From IMG/VR virus record IMGVR_UViG_3300030330_000213, positions 1 to 30,147 of that record: a stretch of DNA of 30,147 bases, one strand, 5' to 3'. Each line of letters opens with the position of its first letter. The stretch's first letter is position 1. The notes below the pieces were generated by a model. The model was not told the origin of the DNA and searched no databases. It worked only from the letters and a program-made list of their open reading frames with translations. The stretch comes from a virus (taxonomy: Duplodnaviria; Caudoviricetes). The translations under genes and the position numbers were made by a program. Shown piece after piece: positions 1 through 7,225 of this stretch.

Positions 1-1
1 T

Positions 2-1252
2 CTGCCCTTTGCCATAAAACTCCCTGTAAATCCAAAGGGTATCATCCCAATCAACTGCGCCCCACAGGACACAAGAGGGGGCGGCATACCCGTAGTCCGC
101 TGCACGAAGGCGCAACCAGCCGTGAGGTATCTGTGCCTGTGAGGCTTCCACAACATGAATGTTGCGGGAAAACTCTGGGAACGCCGCTCCCTCTGCGACA
201 TCCCAATCCCCTTCTAGAAGTCGCCTTCGTTCGACTTCTGGGAGCGACCTCAACATGGCTTCATATTCGCCAGTTTCAGCGAGGTAGGGGTTATCAGTCA
301 GACGCGCCGGAATGAATTTACGAAGAAACAGCGGCTGACCTGCTTTACCGTTAGTTGCTGTCTCAGGCCACAAAAGAGCATTACCTGTATCAACATCGGT
401 AGCTGCAAATGGTGTGTTAGGCGGTGCAGGGTCAATGTACATCTTCTTAACCCACCAGCCACCTACCCCTCCGGGGTTTCCCGTGCAGCGCATATATGCG
501 TCAATCTGCGGGTCCGTTGTACGAAGTCTGGAGCGCAGATACTCCCACACGTAGGGAGTTGGGTAGTGCGTTATCTCGTCAATACCAATCCAAGTAAAAG
601 CCTGACCTTGGTAGCGTGTTACGTCCTTGTCTTTGTCGAGGTAGGAGAACCATGCCGTAGCCCCGGACGGGAACTGCCACATAGCCTTGGACTCCCTAAA
701 TACGGCACCGGGAAAAGCTTTTGGATAGAGTTGTTTACTCTTGTCAACCAGTTCTGTAAGCTCGTCCAACGTGCGACGAATAATAAGGGCGCGATGATTG
801 GGATTGCTACAGTAGCGAAGCAGATCAGCAAGAAGAGCGTAAGACTTGCCCCCGCCAGCAGCGCCACCGTAAAAAACATCCCTTTCAGGACTTGCCAAAA
901 AGTCAGTCTGCGGCCCCGAGTTTGGTTTGAAGATAACCTCTGCTTCATCCTCTACTAACTCCCTTACGGGTTTTGGTACATTCTGTAGTGTGGTATCTTC
1001 AATGACCTTAGCACCATTCTTGTTGAACAAAGCCTGTTCAACCTTTTTGATGCTGTCTTTCTTCTCTTTGGCCTTAGATGCTTTCTTCTGTGCTTTCTTC
1101 TTAGCCCTGTCCGCGTTGCGAACCGCAGCGGCAGAAGCCCGTCTCGCTCTTTCTTTTGCAGAGAGGCGGTAGTTACCCTTCTCGCCCTCGGCTAACTTGG
1201 GACGGCCACGCTTGCGCTTGACAGGCTCTTCTCTTACGTCAGCCTTATCCAC
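2..1252 (-). CDS. terL: Terminase large subunit (3' end runs off the window edge)
   Basis: Absent from the ORF track because it has no stop in the window. Manual translation gives Walker A DVFYGGAAGGGKS, Walker B WIGIDE, motif TGNPGG and nuclease start AADYG. The proposed GTG start at 1252 overlaps the upstream ORF stop (GTGGATAA); the start is less certain than the product. Confidence 0.93.
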   Translation of the reverse strand, partial: MDKADVREEPVKRKRGRPKLAEGEKGNYRLSAKERARRASAAAVRNADRAKKKAQKKASKAKEKKDSIKKVEQALFNKNGAKVIEDTTLQNVPKPVRELVEDEAEVIFKPNSGPQTDFLASPERDVFYGGAAGGGKSYALLADLLRYCSNPNHRALIIRRTLDELTELVDKSKQLYPKAFPGAVFRESKAMWQFPSGATAWFSYLDKDKDVTRYQGQAFTWIGIDEITHYPTPYVWEYLRSRLRTTDPQIDAYMRCTGNPGGVGGWWVKKMYIDPAPPNTPFAATDVDTGNALLWPETATNGKAGQPLFLRKFIPARLTDNPYLAETGEYEAMLRSLPEVERRRLLEGDWDVAEGAAFPEFSRNIHVVEASQAQIPHGWLRLRAADYGYAAPSCVLWGAVDWDDTLWIYREFYGKGQ

Positions 1253-1382
1253 CAAAGGCGGGTGGCTTTCTTCGGATATTCTTTTTGTGCCTTCGCTCTG
1301 GTGATCTAAATCGTCCAAGTGTTTTACCCTTGTGAAATACTACCTTGGTATTTCCCGCTGTCTTTCTCTTTTTTGTTGCCAT
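1245..1382 (-). CDS. Small basic hypothetical protein, 45 aa (MATKKRKTAGNTKVVFHKGKTLGRFRSPERRHKKNIRRKPPAFGG)
   Basis: Manual translation. The ATG overlaps the upstream TAA (TAATG) and the ORF fills the gap exactly up to terL. Confidence 0.7.
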   Translation of the reverse strand: MATKKRKTAGNTKVVFHKGKTLGRFRSPERRHKKNIRRKPPAFGG

Positions 1383-1963
1383 TACTTTAACTTTGGTTTA
1401 CGAACCCCACCGCCTTTTGCGTATGGTTTTACTTTGCCGCCTTTTGCAAATCTACCTGTAATTCCAGCGCGTACCCTATACCCTTTACTTTCTGGGTCAT
1501 AACTGCCCGTAACACCTGCAGTCCCTTTAAATCTGCCTAACTCAACAGGCCTTTCATATCTCGCCCCTACAGCGGGTGGTCTGCGCCGTGCTTCCTCAAG
1601 GCCCATGCTTTTAAAATCTAAATTAAGGTTTAGTCCTTCTGGCAGCATCCGATTAACAATCTTCTCACCCTGACGGGCAATCTCTTCTACTGTCTTTCTA
1701 GACACCTCATTTTTTATTGCCTTAGAAGTATATTTTTGAGGATTAAGAGCTACGTCTGTGGCTAAGTAAGCAGCACCTATAGCGCCTCTAACTACCTGTT
1801 TTCTGCTTACATCTTTTTGTACATCAGGGTTAGTGATACCAATATCCCGTGAACGAGCAGTAAAAGCTGTCTCTTTCATCTTCTCAGACTGATCAATCTG
1901 ATACTTCAAACCGTCCCTAATAGCGGTGACAGCCTGTTTTAGTTCTTGTTTTTGGCTAGCCAT
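1382..1963 (-). CDS. Hypothetical protein with C-terminal FAKGG/YAKGGGVRK motifs
   Basis: 193-aa ORF tightly packed in the operon, with a basic C-terminal tail. Confidence 0.8.
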   Translation of the reverse strand: MASQKQELKQAVTAIRDGLKYQIDQSEKMKETAFTARSRDIGITNPDVQKDVSRKQVVRGAIGAAYLATDVALNPQKYTSKAIKNEVSRKTVEEIARQGEKIVNRMLPEGLNLNLDFKSMGLEEARRRPPAVGARYERPVELGRFKGTAGVTGSYDPESKGYRVRAGITGRFAKGGKVKPYAKGGGVRKPKLK

Positions 1964-2144
1964 TTTGAATTATGTTATCCTCTATAACTAATCCACGGTC
2001 AATTGCAAAAGCGCGTGTCATAAAGTCATGTACAGATTTTATCTCTACGCTTTTATAGAACTTACCCTTGCCACGGATGTAGCAGGGGTAGCTAAGGGGT
2101 TTTCTGGTTCGTGATAGTGTAACTTCTACATAGATTTTATTCAT
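1956..2144 (-). CDS. Hypothetical protein
   Basis: 62-aa ORF overlapping both neighbours by 8 nt. Confidence 0.65.
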   Translation of the reverse strand: MNKIYVEVTLSRTRKPLSYPCYIRGKGKFYKSVEIKSVHDFMTRAFAIDRGLVIEDNIIQNG

Positions 2145-2565
2145 GGTCTATGATAACAGGGTCCACTTGTCCCGACTTCGCGGGGAGAAGAACCACTCCG
2201 TGTATAGCAGTAACATTGTGTTCAACCTTATCATGCTTACCCACGCCTACTCTGTTTAGAATAGATTCTGCTGCTTTAATACGCTGTTCAGCGCGTGGGG
2301 TTGTTCCGTCATCGTCCAGTGCGTTTACCAGACCCGCCGCTGCTTTTACAGAGTTAGCGGCTAACATGTTCTTTGCCCTCTCTACAATCTCATCGGCTAG
2401 AGAGTTCATAACTGCTTTACCAGTGGTTTCACAGTAACCTGCTGCGCGTAAAGCTGCAGCGTTGTTGCCACCATTATCCATGAGTGCATCAAGATACGCA
2501 AGCTGTTTTTCTGTTAGCTGGCGTTTTTTCTTGTTTTTAGTGGGTAGAAGACCTTCTTGCGCCAT
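2137..2565 (-). CDS. terS: Terminase small subunit
   Basis: N-terminal LTEKQLAYLDALMDNGGNNAAALRAAGY matches the typical TerS HTH pattern (LTxKQ...N...Aa.rAGY); lies upstream of terL. Confidence 0.78.
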   Translation of the reverse strand: MAQEGLLPTKNKKKRQLTEKQLAYLDALMDNGGNNAAALRAAGYCETTGKAVMNSLADEIVERAKNMLAANSVKAAAGLVNALDDDGTTPRAEQRIKAAESILNRVGVGKHDKVEHNVTAIHGVVLLPAKSGQVDPVIIDHE

Positions 2566-3101
2566 CAGTAACGTACTTTGCGTACTCCTCCACCTTTTGC
2601 GTATTGTTTAGCCAGCTTAGGGCTAATCTTCTTCTGCACATTTTCCGGCAACTTGCTAAAGCCCTTGTACTTCTTGGGAACAACAGAACCACCTTCGTTC
2701 ATGCCCATAGCAAGCTTATTCTTATCCTTCTGCATGTAGGTCTGACCGGGAGTCTGTTGCATTGTACCTGCGCCCATAGCTGCGGACATATCCGGGTTGC
2801 CCACTACACCTCCCATTTGCATCTTTTTCTTTTTCACTGGCTTCTTCCTCTTTAATGTTGCGACGTTCGTCGGCTTACCGCCGACGCCTTGCGGCTTGGC
2901 CCTTTTACGAGCAACGGCGCTCTTTTTCTCCGCTGCCGTCATGGACTTGGCCTTGGAGCGCGGCACACACTTAGGGTACGCGCGTTTAGACTTAGATGCA
3001 GAAGAACGACCGCAAGCCTGATACTTGCCGCCTTTCTTGGGCGCTCCAATGTCTACCCAATCCCCTTTGGGGCCTTTGCCAAACCACTCTTTCAGGCTCA
3101 T
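2565..3101 (-). CDS. Basic hypothetical protein (DUF5872-like N-terminus) with GG motifs
   Basis: Lys-rich, 178 aa. The LKEWF..WVDI..CGR..YPKCVP pattern resembles a conserved viral family; ends YAKGGGVRKVRY. Confidence 0.8.
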   Translation of the reverse strand: MSLKEWFGKGPKGDWVDIGAPKKGGKYQACGRSSASKSKRAYPKCVPRSKAKSMTAAEKKSAVARKRAKPQGVGGKPTNVATLKRKKPVKKKKMQMGGVVGNPDMSAAMGAGTMQQTPGQTYMQKDKNKLAMGMNEGGSVVPKKYKGFSKLPENVQKKISPKLAKQYAKGGGVRKVRY

Positions 3102-3439
3102 TAGTATTTGCCGCCACGCTTCTTGTATTCACGGACTAGCCAAGCGTTTGCATACGCGCTGGGATATACTTTGAACTTCTTTTTAGCTTCTGACTTCACC
3201 CGTGCGTACAGAGCAGGGTTCTTGGGCTTGGGGGACTTGCTGGAAGTTTTGGTTTTGCCGCCTTTAGCCATATACTTGCTGGTCTTACCGCCTTTAGCCA
3301 TATACTTGCTGGTCTTTTTAGCAGCACCACCCTTAGCCATCGTTTTGGTGGTTTTCTTCTTTGCCGCTCCACCCTTTGCCATGCCCTTGGTGGTCTTGCC
3401 ACCTTTAGCCATGTACTTAGTTTTCTTTTTACCAGCCAT
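3101..3439 (-). CDS. Basic protein with five MAKGG repeats and a C-terminal conserved domain (NPALYARVK..VYPSAYA..YKKRGG)
   Basis: 112 aa, very Lys-rich; its stop overlaps the next start (TAATG). Confidence 0.82.
   Translation of the reverse strand: MAGKKKTKYMAKGGKTTKGMAKGGAAKKKTTKTMAKGGAAKKTSKYMAKGGKTSKYMAKGGKTKTSSKSPKPKNPALYARVKSEAKKKFKVYPSAYANAWLVREYKKRGGKY
3258..3316. repeat. Tandem coding repeat, 30-nt period (KTSKYMAKGG x2)
   Basis: ccgcctttagccatatacttgctggtctt at 3258-3286 and 3288-3316; more diverged copies continue to about 3412. Confidence 0.9.
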
Positions 3440-3444
3440 TGGTT

Positions 3445-4104
3445 CTAATCCTTTGCGTATAAGTTATCAAATGTAATGCTGGGGTCCATGTAGCTATCGT
3501 TAATCTCTGCGCTGTGTATGTGTTGGCTAGGCACAAAGTCTGGTGGACCTTCGCCTGTAACCCACAAAGCAGGATTTGTAACCCGTACCCTGTTGTTGGG
3601 GAGAGCAACTATATTCCCTGTAAACTCTCCTGCGTCTATTAGCTCTAGCACATGGGATTGTTTGTGCTGCGCTGGGTCATCTGAAATATGACTGTCGGTG
3701 TAGTCCACAGTGAACATGTACCGACCTGTATAAAACTCTCCCCCTATCTTACACATCCAAGGGCTAGACGATACTCGGTCCATGCTAAAGACTGCGTGAT
3801 TTCTGGAGGAGCAGTCCCAAGGTTGTGCAAAGTGAGTGGGCATCTTCTCAGGCCACTCTTCAAGAATACTATCAGCGACTAATGCTGTGATGGGCATTCT
3901 AGCCCACATAGCCCCGCCGTGAATGTTCTCTTCTTCTTCACAGCCAGTAAACACTACATTAAAACTAAGACACCTGTCTGGTATCGTGTTTACTGCTATG
4001 GCTAGCGCATGAAGATACTCGCCCTCATACTCTACGTGATTATGTGTAAACTCTTTACGCACCCAGCACTTAAAGTGTGGGATGTTCGAGGCTAAGTAAG
4101 CCAT
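3445..4104 (-). CDS. Conserved phage hypothetical protein (acidic, beta-rich)
   Basis: 219-aa ORF with motifs GGAMWARMP, QPWDC, YMFTVD, QHKQSH and ALPNNR that recall a common marine-phage protein of unknown function. Confidence 0.85.
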   Translation of the reverse strand: MAYLASNIPHFKCWVRKEFTHNHVEYEGEYLHALAIAVNTIPDRCLSFNVVFTGCEEEENIHGGAMWARMPITALVADSILEEWPEKMPTHFAQPWDCSSRNHAVFSMDRVSSSPWMCKIGGEFYTGRYMFTVDYTDSHISDDPAQHKQSHVLELIDAGEFTGNIVALPNNRVRVTNPALWVTGEGPPDFVPSQHIHSAEINDSYMDPSITFDNLYAKD

Positions 4105-4127
4105 ACTACTCTACTACTAAGGTTGGG

Positions 4128-4529
4128 CTAGCACTTCCAACGTTTTCTAGCCTGACGCAGACGGCTATTCGGGTCTTTAGCCGCCTTGGGAAACTTCTTC
4201 ATCTGTCCTGCAGAACGAGCGCAGAAGGACTTACGTCTCTTCGCAGCTTTGCTACCGGGTTTTACTTTACCAGTAACAGCGCCCTGCAGTTTGGAGCCGG
4301 GATTAGCCCTGCGATATGCTTTGATGCCCTTCTCGGTCATTCCAGCGCCCTTCTTAGTCGGTCGCTTCATTCCCTTACCTTTGGGCATTACATCAGGCTT
4401 CCTGACTCCTCCTCCCTTTGCGTACTCCTTACGGCTAATCGCTGCCACCTTCTTCGCTTGCCGCTTGTGCAGCTTGGAGGCTTTTATTAGCTGTTGCGAG
4501 ACTTCCCTTAGTTCTTCCTTTGCGGACAT
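4128..4529 (-). CDS. Basic hypothetical protein (DUF6321-like) with an internal YAKGGGVRK
   Basis: C-terminal RRKSFCARSAGQ..DPNSRLRQARKRWKC pattern; GGAG upstream. Confidence 0.82.
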   Translation of the reverse strand: MSAKEELREVSQQLIKASKLHKRQAKKVAAISRKEYAKGGGVRKPDVMPKGKGMKRPTKKGAGMTEKGIKAYRRANPGSKLQGAVTGKVKPGSKAAKRRKSFCARSAGQMKKFPKAAKDPNSRLRQARKRWKC

Positions 4530-4532
4530 AAC

Positions 4533-4724
4533 TTATCCGTATCTCCCTTGTTTTTTGTACATCTGCTTACAGTGGCAGTCTCCACAGTCACAATGAGGAC
4601 ATGGCTCTGAGCAATGACACTCCTGCGATTGGCATACGCAGGTGATGCACTGATCATCTTTTGGTTTTTCTGGCGTGTGTTGAATCATATAGAACGCCGC
4701 GTATGGTCCTTGGTATGCAGACAT
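4533..4724 (-). CDS. Cys/His-rich metallothionein-like small protein
   Basis: CITCVCQSQECHCSEPCPHCDCGDCHC has 10 Cys and 3 His in 27 residues. First ORF after the minus-strand promoter; no clear SD. Confidence 0.6.
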   Translation of the reverse strand: MSAYQGPYAAFYMIQHTPEKPKDDQCITCVCQSQECHCSEPCPHCDCGDCHCKQMYKKQGRYG

Positions 4725-4835
4725 TGTTTTTTTGGAGAAAATGCAGCTAACTTAATCTCGTCTCACAACTCTCCACTAGAAAAAATCTTATGTTTATTGT
4801 TGGAGTGTAGACAGACTAATGGCTGCTAACTATCT

Positions 4836-4863
4836 ATTATAACAATAATACAGGACTTGTCAA
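4836..4863 (-). promoter_or_regulatory. Sigma70-type promoter for the packaging/late operon
   Basis: TTGACA (4863-4858), 16-nt spacer, TATAAT (4841-4836); both hexamers are perfect. Confidence 0.8.
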
Positions 4864-4894
4864 GAAAAAAAATTAAAATACGTGCATTTTTTGC

Positions 4895-4922
4895 TTGACA
4901 GATTGGAAATGGGCTGTATAAT
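4895..4922 (+). promoter_or_regulatory. Sigma70-type promoter pointing into non-coding DNA
   Basis: TTGACA (4895-4900), 16-nt spacer, TATAAT (4917-4922); A/T tracts upstream. Confidence 0.72.
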
Positions 4923-4939
4923 AGTATTAACCCTACTCC

Positions 4940-5442
4940 GGGGGGTTAATATATACATACCCCCCTTAATATTAGCCCATATTGTAATATAATTACCCAA
5001 TTTTGTAATAAAATTACAATATATTACCTTTGATTAGCCGCCATTAGCCCTAAATCATTGAAAAATAATAAAAAATTATTAAAAAAGGGTAAAAAATAGT
5101 AAAATTGTAGCGGGATTGCATACAGATATATACCCACCCCCAGTGGCCCATGCGCGCCCCTGTGATGCTAAGTATTTGTTTTTATTGAGTTTATCAATTA
5201 TCCATAATATACACTCCGCGACTAAGCCCCCGCAGCATTTTTAAGCCCGGCTAATAGTTCGCGCCCCTCTCTTATACCTGCATCCCCGCCCGCGTTGGGT
5301 CAACTAGACCGACAATTTCCCCCAGTGGCCATTTTGGTTGTGCTTTGATGGGGGCTGGGCGTGCAATACAGCGCAGCAAATCCCGCAGGCAAAACGCAAA
5401 AGCGCAGCAAAATCCAGACGCTAGGCATTATTGCAGGCAAAA
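4940..5442. repeat. Repeat-rich non-coding region (candidate genome terminus, pac site or origin)
   Basis: GGGGGGT/ACCCCCC inverted repeat 4940-4965; TTGTAATA(T/A)AATTAC x2; ATTAGCC x3; CCCCCAGTGGCC at 5137-5148 and 5319-5330; AGCGCAGCAAA at 5370 and 5401. Confidence 0.6.
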
Positions 5443-5465
5443 AAAAGCCCCCGGTGAAGGGGGCT
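5439..5465 (-). terminator. Rho-independent terminator ending the early operon
   Basis: AGCCCCC-6 nt-GGGGGCT stem followed by 7-8 U on the minus strand, just after ORF 5488..5715. Confidence 0.85.
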
Positions 5466-5487
5466 AAGTTTATTCTGGAGGGGTTGT

Positions 5488-5715
5488 TTATGCAGCATCC
5501 GCCTTACCGCACTGGTCACACTCAAAGTGCAGCGGAGAACCAGCGAGGTCGATGGTGAAGCTCGGTTCCACAAAGCAGGCAAGGCGCGTCTTCGTCCCGT
5601 TCTTGTCTTCAACCGTAACACTGATCACGGTAAATTCGTCAGTGTGCAAAGTGGCCTCGTGGTGCTGCTTTTCGATGGCAATGTCTGTGATGTTGTGAAT
5701 TGAAAGCTTGTTCAT
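5488..5715 (-). CDS. Hypothetical protein with C-terminal CxxC
   Basis: 75 aa; ATGA overlap with the upstream ORF; GGAG SD. Confidence 0.72.
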   Translation of the reverse strand: MNKLSIHNITDIAIEKQHHEATLHTDEFTVISVTVEDKNGTKTRLACFVEPSFTIDLAGSPLHFECDQCGKADAA

Positions 5716-6431
5716 TTTGTTGCGATCTCCCGCTCACGAAAACACTTGTCGATATACGCTCGCGCATTGTCGCGGTCGCCTTCGTAATGAAATGCTCGCG
5801 AGTTCGTGTGCATCTTCAGATATTGCATTACAGCGTATTCAAAAAGCGCCCGCGCCGCGATGTCGTATTCGTCGGCAGTATATGCGAACTGCTTTTCACC
5901 GGTTCCCAGAATAAGGTCGCGAACTGCGCGAGGAAAGTTGGTGTCCACAAAGTCAACGTCGCCAGCCCACCTCTCACGCTCAAAAGTTTTCGAAAACGTC
6001 AACTTTACGGTTTCCGGGCTGGCATTTTCGGCAGGGTCTTTCCGATGCCGATGATTGCCAAAAAGCAATGTTGTAGCAGAGCGGCAATTTGCCTGCTTTG
6101 CCAGAAAGGCGAAGCTGCTTTCCTTTACCAGATTTTCCTGCACCTTTTTGGACTGCTCTACTTTCAGCAAGTGTGACGCAATGCCCGACCAAAAAGTTTC
6201 CGCGTCTTCGTCGTGATAATCCCAACTGAACCGTTCCCTGCTGCGCCCGGCTGCATATCCGATCTTCATAGCGGCCTTCAGATGCTTTTTCAGATCGTCC
6301 GGTGCCAAATGCTCATTAGTCCCCTTATGATAGAGGCGGACCGGCTCACGCTTATTTTTTAGCGCCTTCAGGCAATAATCAACGATCACCTGCTCTGCGC
6401 GGTTGAAGGCATAATTAGTCTTGGTACGCAT
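5712..6431 (-). CDS. Hypothetical protein
   Basis: 239 aa; AGGAG SD upstream of the ATG. Confidence 0.8.
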   Translation of the reverse strand: MRTKTNYAFNRAEQVIVDYCLKALKNKREPVRLYHKGTNEHLAPDDLKKHLKAAMKIGYAAGRSRERFSWDYHDEDAETFWSGIASHLLKVEQSKKVQENLVKESSFAFLAKQANCRSATTLLFGNHRHRKDPAENASPETVKLTFSKTFERERWAGDVDFVDTNFPRAVRDLILGTGEKQFAYTADEYDIAARALFEYAVMQYLKMHTNSRAFHYEGDRDNARAYIDKCFREREIATK

Positions 6432-6440
6432 TTTTTTCTC

Positions 6441-6530
6441 CTAGATATCTTCGTTACCAGTAAATTCTTGCCATGCGATGAAAATCAAAACGGCAAACGC
6501 TATTCCGAGAATGATCCAGTCGCTGAACAT
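6441..6530 (-). CDS. Small membrane protein, 29 aa (MFSDWIILGIAFAVLIFIAWQEFTGNEDI)
   Basis: Manual translation; TGATG overlap with the upstream ORF; one hydrophobic helix; its TAG merges with the next SD. Confidence 0.65.
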   Translation of the reverse strand: MFSDWIILGIAFAVLIFIAWQEFTGNEDI

Positions 6531-6892
6531 CACTCGACCCTTCCATTGTCAAAGTCAGGGAAATGCTTGGTCCCGTAATATGTCCCGTCATCGTGCTTGG
6601 CTTTGTATGGTTGCAAGTCCCAGTCTTCGACCTGCGTCATGTCGCGCCAGTCATCCATACCGCAAGCGTCCATGAACTTGTCGGCGTCATACCGGGGATT
6701 GTCCAAGCGGAACACGTTGTGGAAATCCACCGCGACGCTGTACATTGCATTCCGCGCCGTGGCGGTAGCGTAGATTTCGTCTAGTTCGCTTTCTTCGTCG
6801 CCGTGGTGGTCGAGGTCGTATTTTAGCTGCGCCAAATTGGTTCGCAGTACGTAAGCGACGGTTTCGAAGTGTGATTTTGTAAAACGTGCCAT
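6530..6892 (-). CDS. Hypothetical phage early protein
   Basis: 120 aa; FTKSHFETVA..DNPRYDADKFMDAC pattern; AGGAG SD. Confidence 0.82.
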   Translation of the reverse strand: MARFTKSHFETVAYVLRTNLAQLKYDLDHHGDEESELDEIYATATARNAMYSVAVDFHNVFRLDNPRYDADKFMDACGMDDWRDMTQVEDWDLQPYKAKHDDGTYYGTKHFPDFDNGRVE

Positions 6893-6915
6893 AGTCCGTT
6901 CTCCTAATTAGGGTG

Positions 6916-6946
6916 AAAAAAAACCGCCCCCCGGTGTGGGGGACGG
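6916..6946 (-). terminator. Rho-independent terminator
   Basis: GC stem (one G-U pair on the minus strand) followed by 8 U, downstream of ORF 6977..7225. Confidence 0.75.
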
Positions 6947-6976
6947 CCTATTATTAGTCGATACAGGCTGAACCCG

Positions 6977-7225
6977 TCAACTTTTATCTGCGGCGGTTTC
7001 CGCGTCGCCCTGCTTGCCCATCTTCTTACGGACCGCAAGCGCACCCTTGGCAAGCTCTTCGATCACCAAGGAGACGCCGCCGCGCCCGGCATACTTCTGC
7101 ATATGCGTGGGCGATTGCGATGCCATGATAAACTGTATCTCGGCAATCGCGTCTTGAGCATCGGTTGACAAGAAGATTTGCGATCCGCCATTCGTGGCGC
7201 TGGTGGTGGTTTTCTTACTAGGCAT
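6977..7225 (-). CDS. Putative ribbon-helix-helix DNA-binding protein
   Basis: Alternating strand SQIFLS, then helix TDAQDAIAEI, then VSLVIEELA; AAGGA SD. Confidence 0.55.
   Translation of the reverse strand: MPSKKTTTSATNGGSQIFLSTDAQDAIAEIQFIMASQSPTHMQKYAGRGGVSLVIEELAKGALAVRKKMGKQGDAETAADKS

Noticed and set aside
133-1172. Track ORFs 133..315, 566..958, 619..948 and 927..1172
   Set aside because: All lie within the terL frame, which carries clear motifs; they are antisense or off-frame shadows.
3258-3412. Short spaced repeats considered as a CRISPR array
   Set aside because: They are in-frame coding repeats with a period of about 30-42 nt and lack unique spacers or a leader.
4756-4816. Imperfect hairpin in the late-operon leader (gtct..aca..ctcca / tggag tgt agac)
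   Set aside because: Pairing is broken by bulges and a long loop; too weak to call without folding or covariation data.
2150-4829. Plus-strand hydrophobic ORFs, e.g. 3108..3476 with PPLA repeats
   Set aside because: They are antisense read-outs of the Lys-rich minus-strand genes (AAA becomes TTT), with no independent support.
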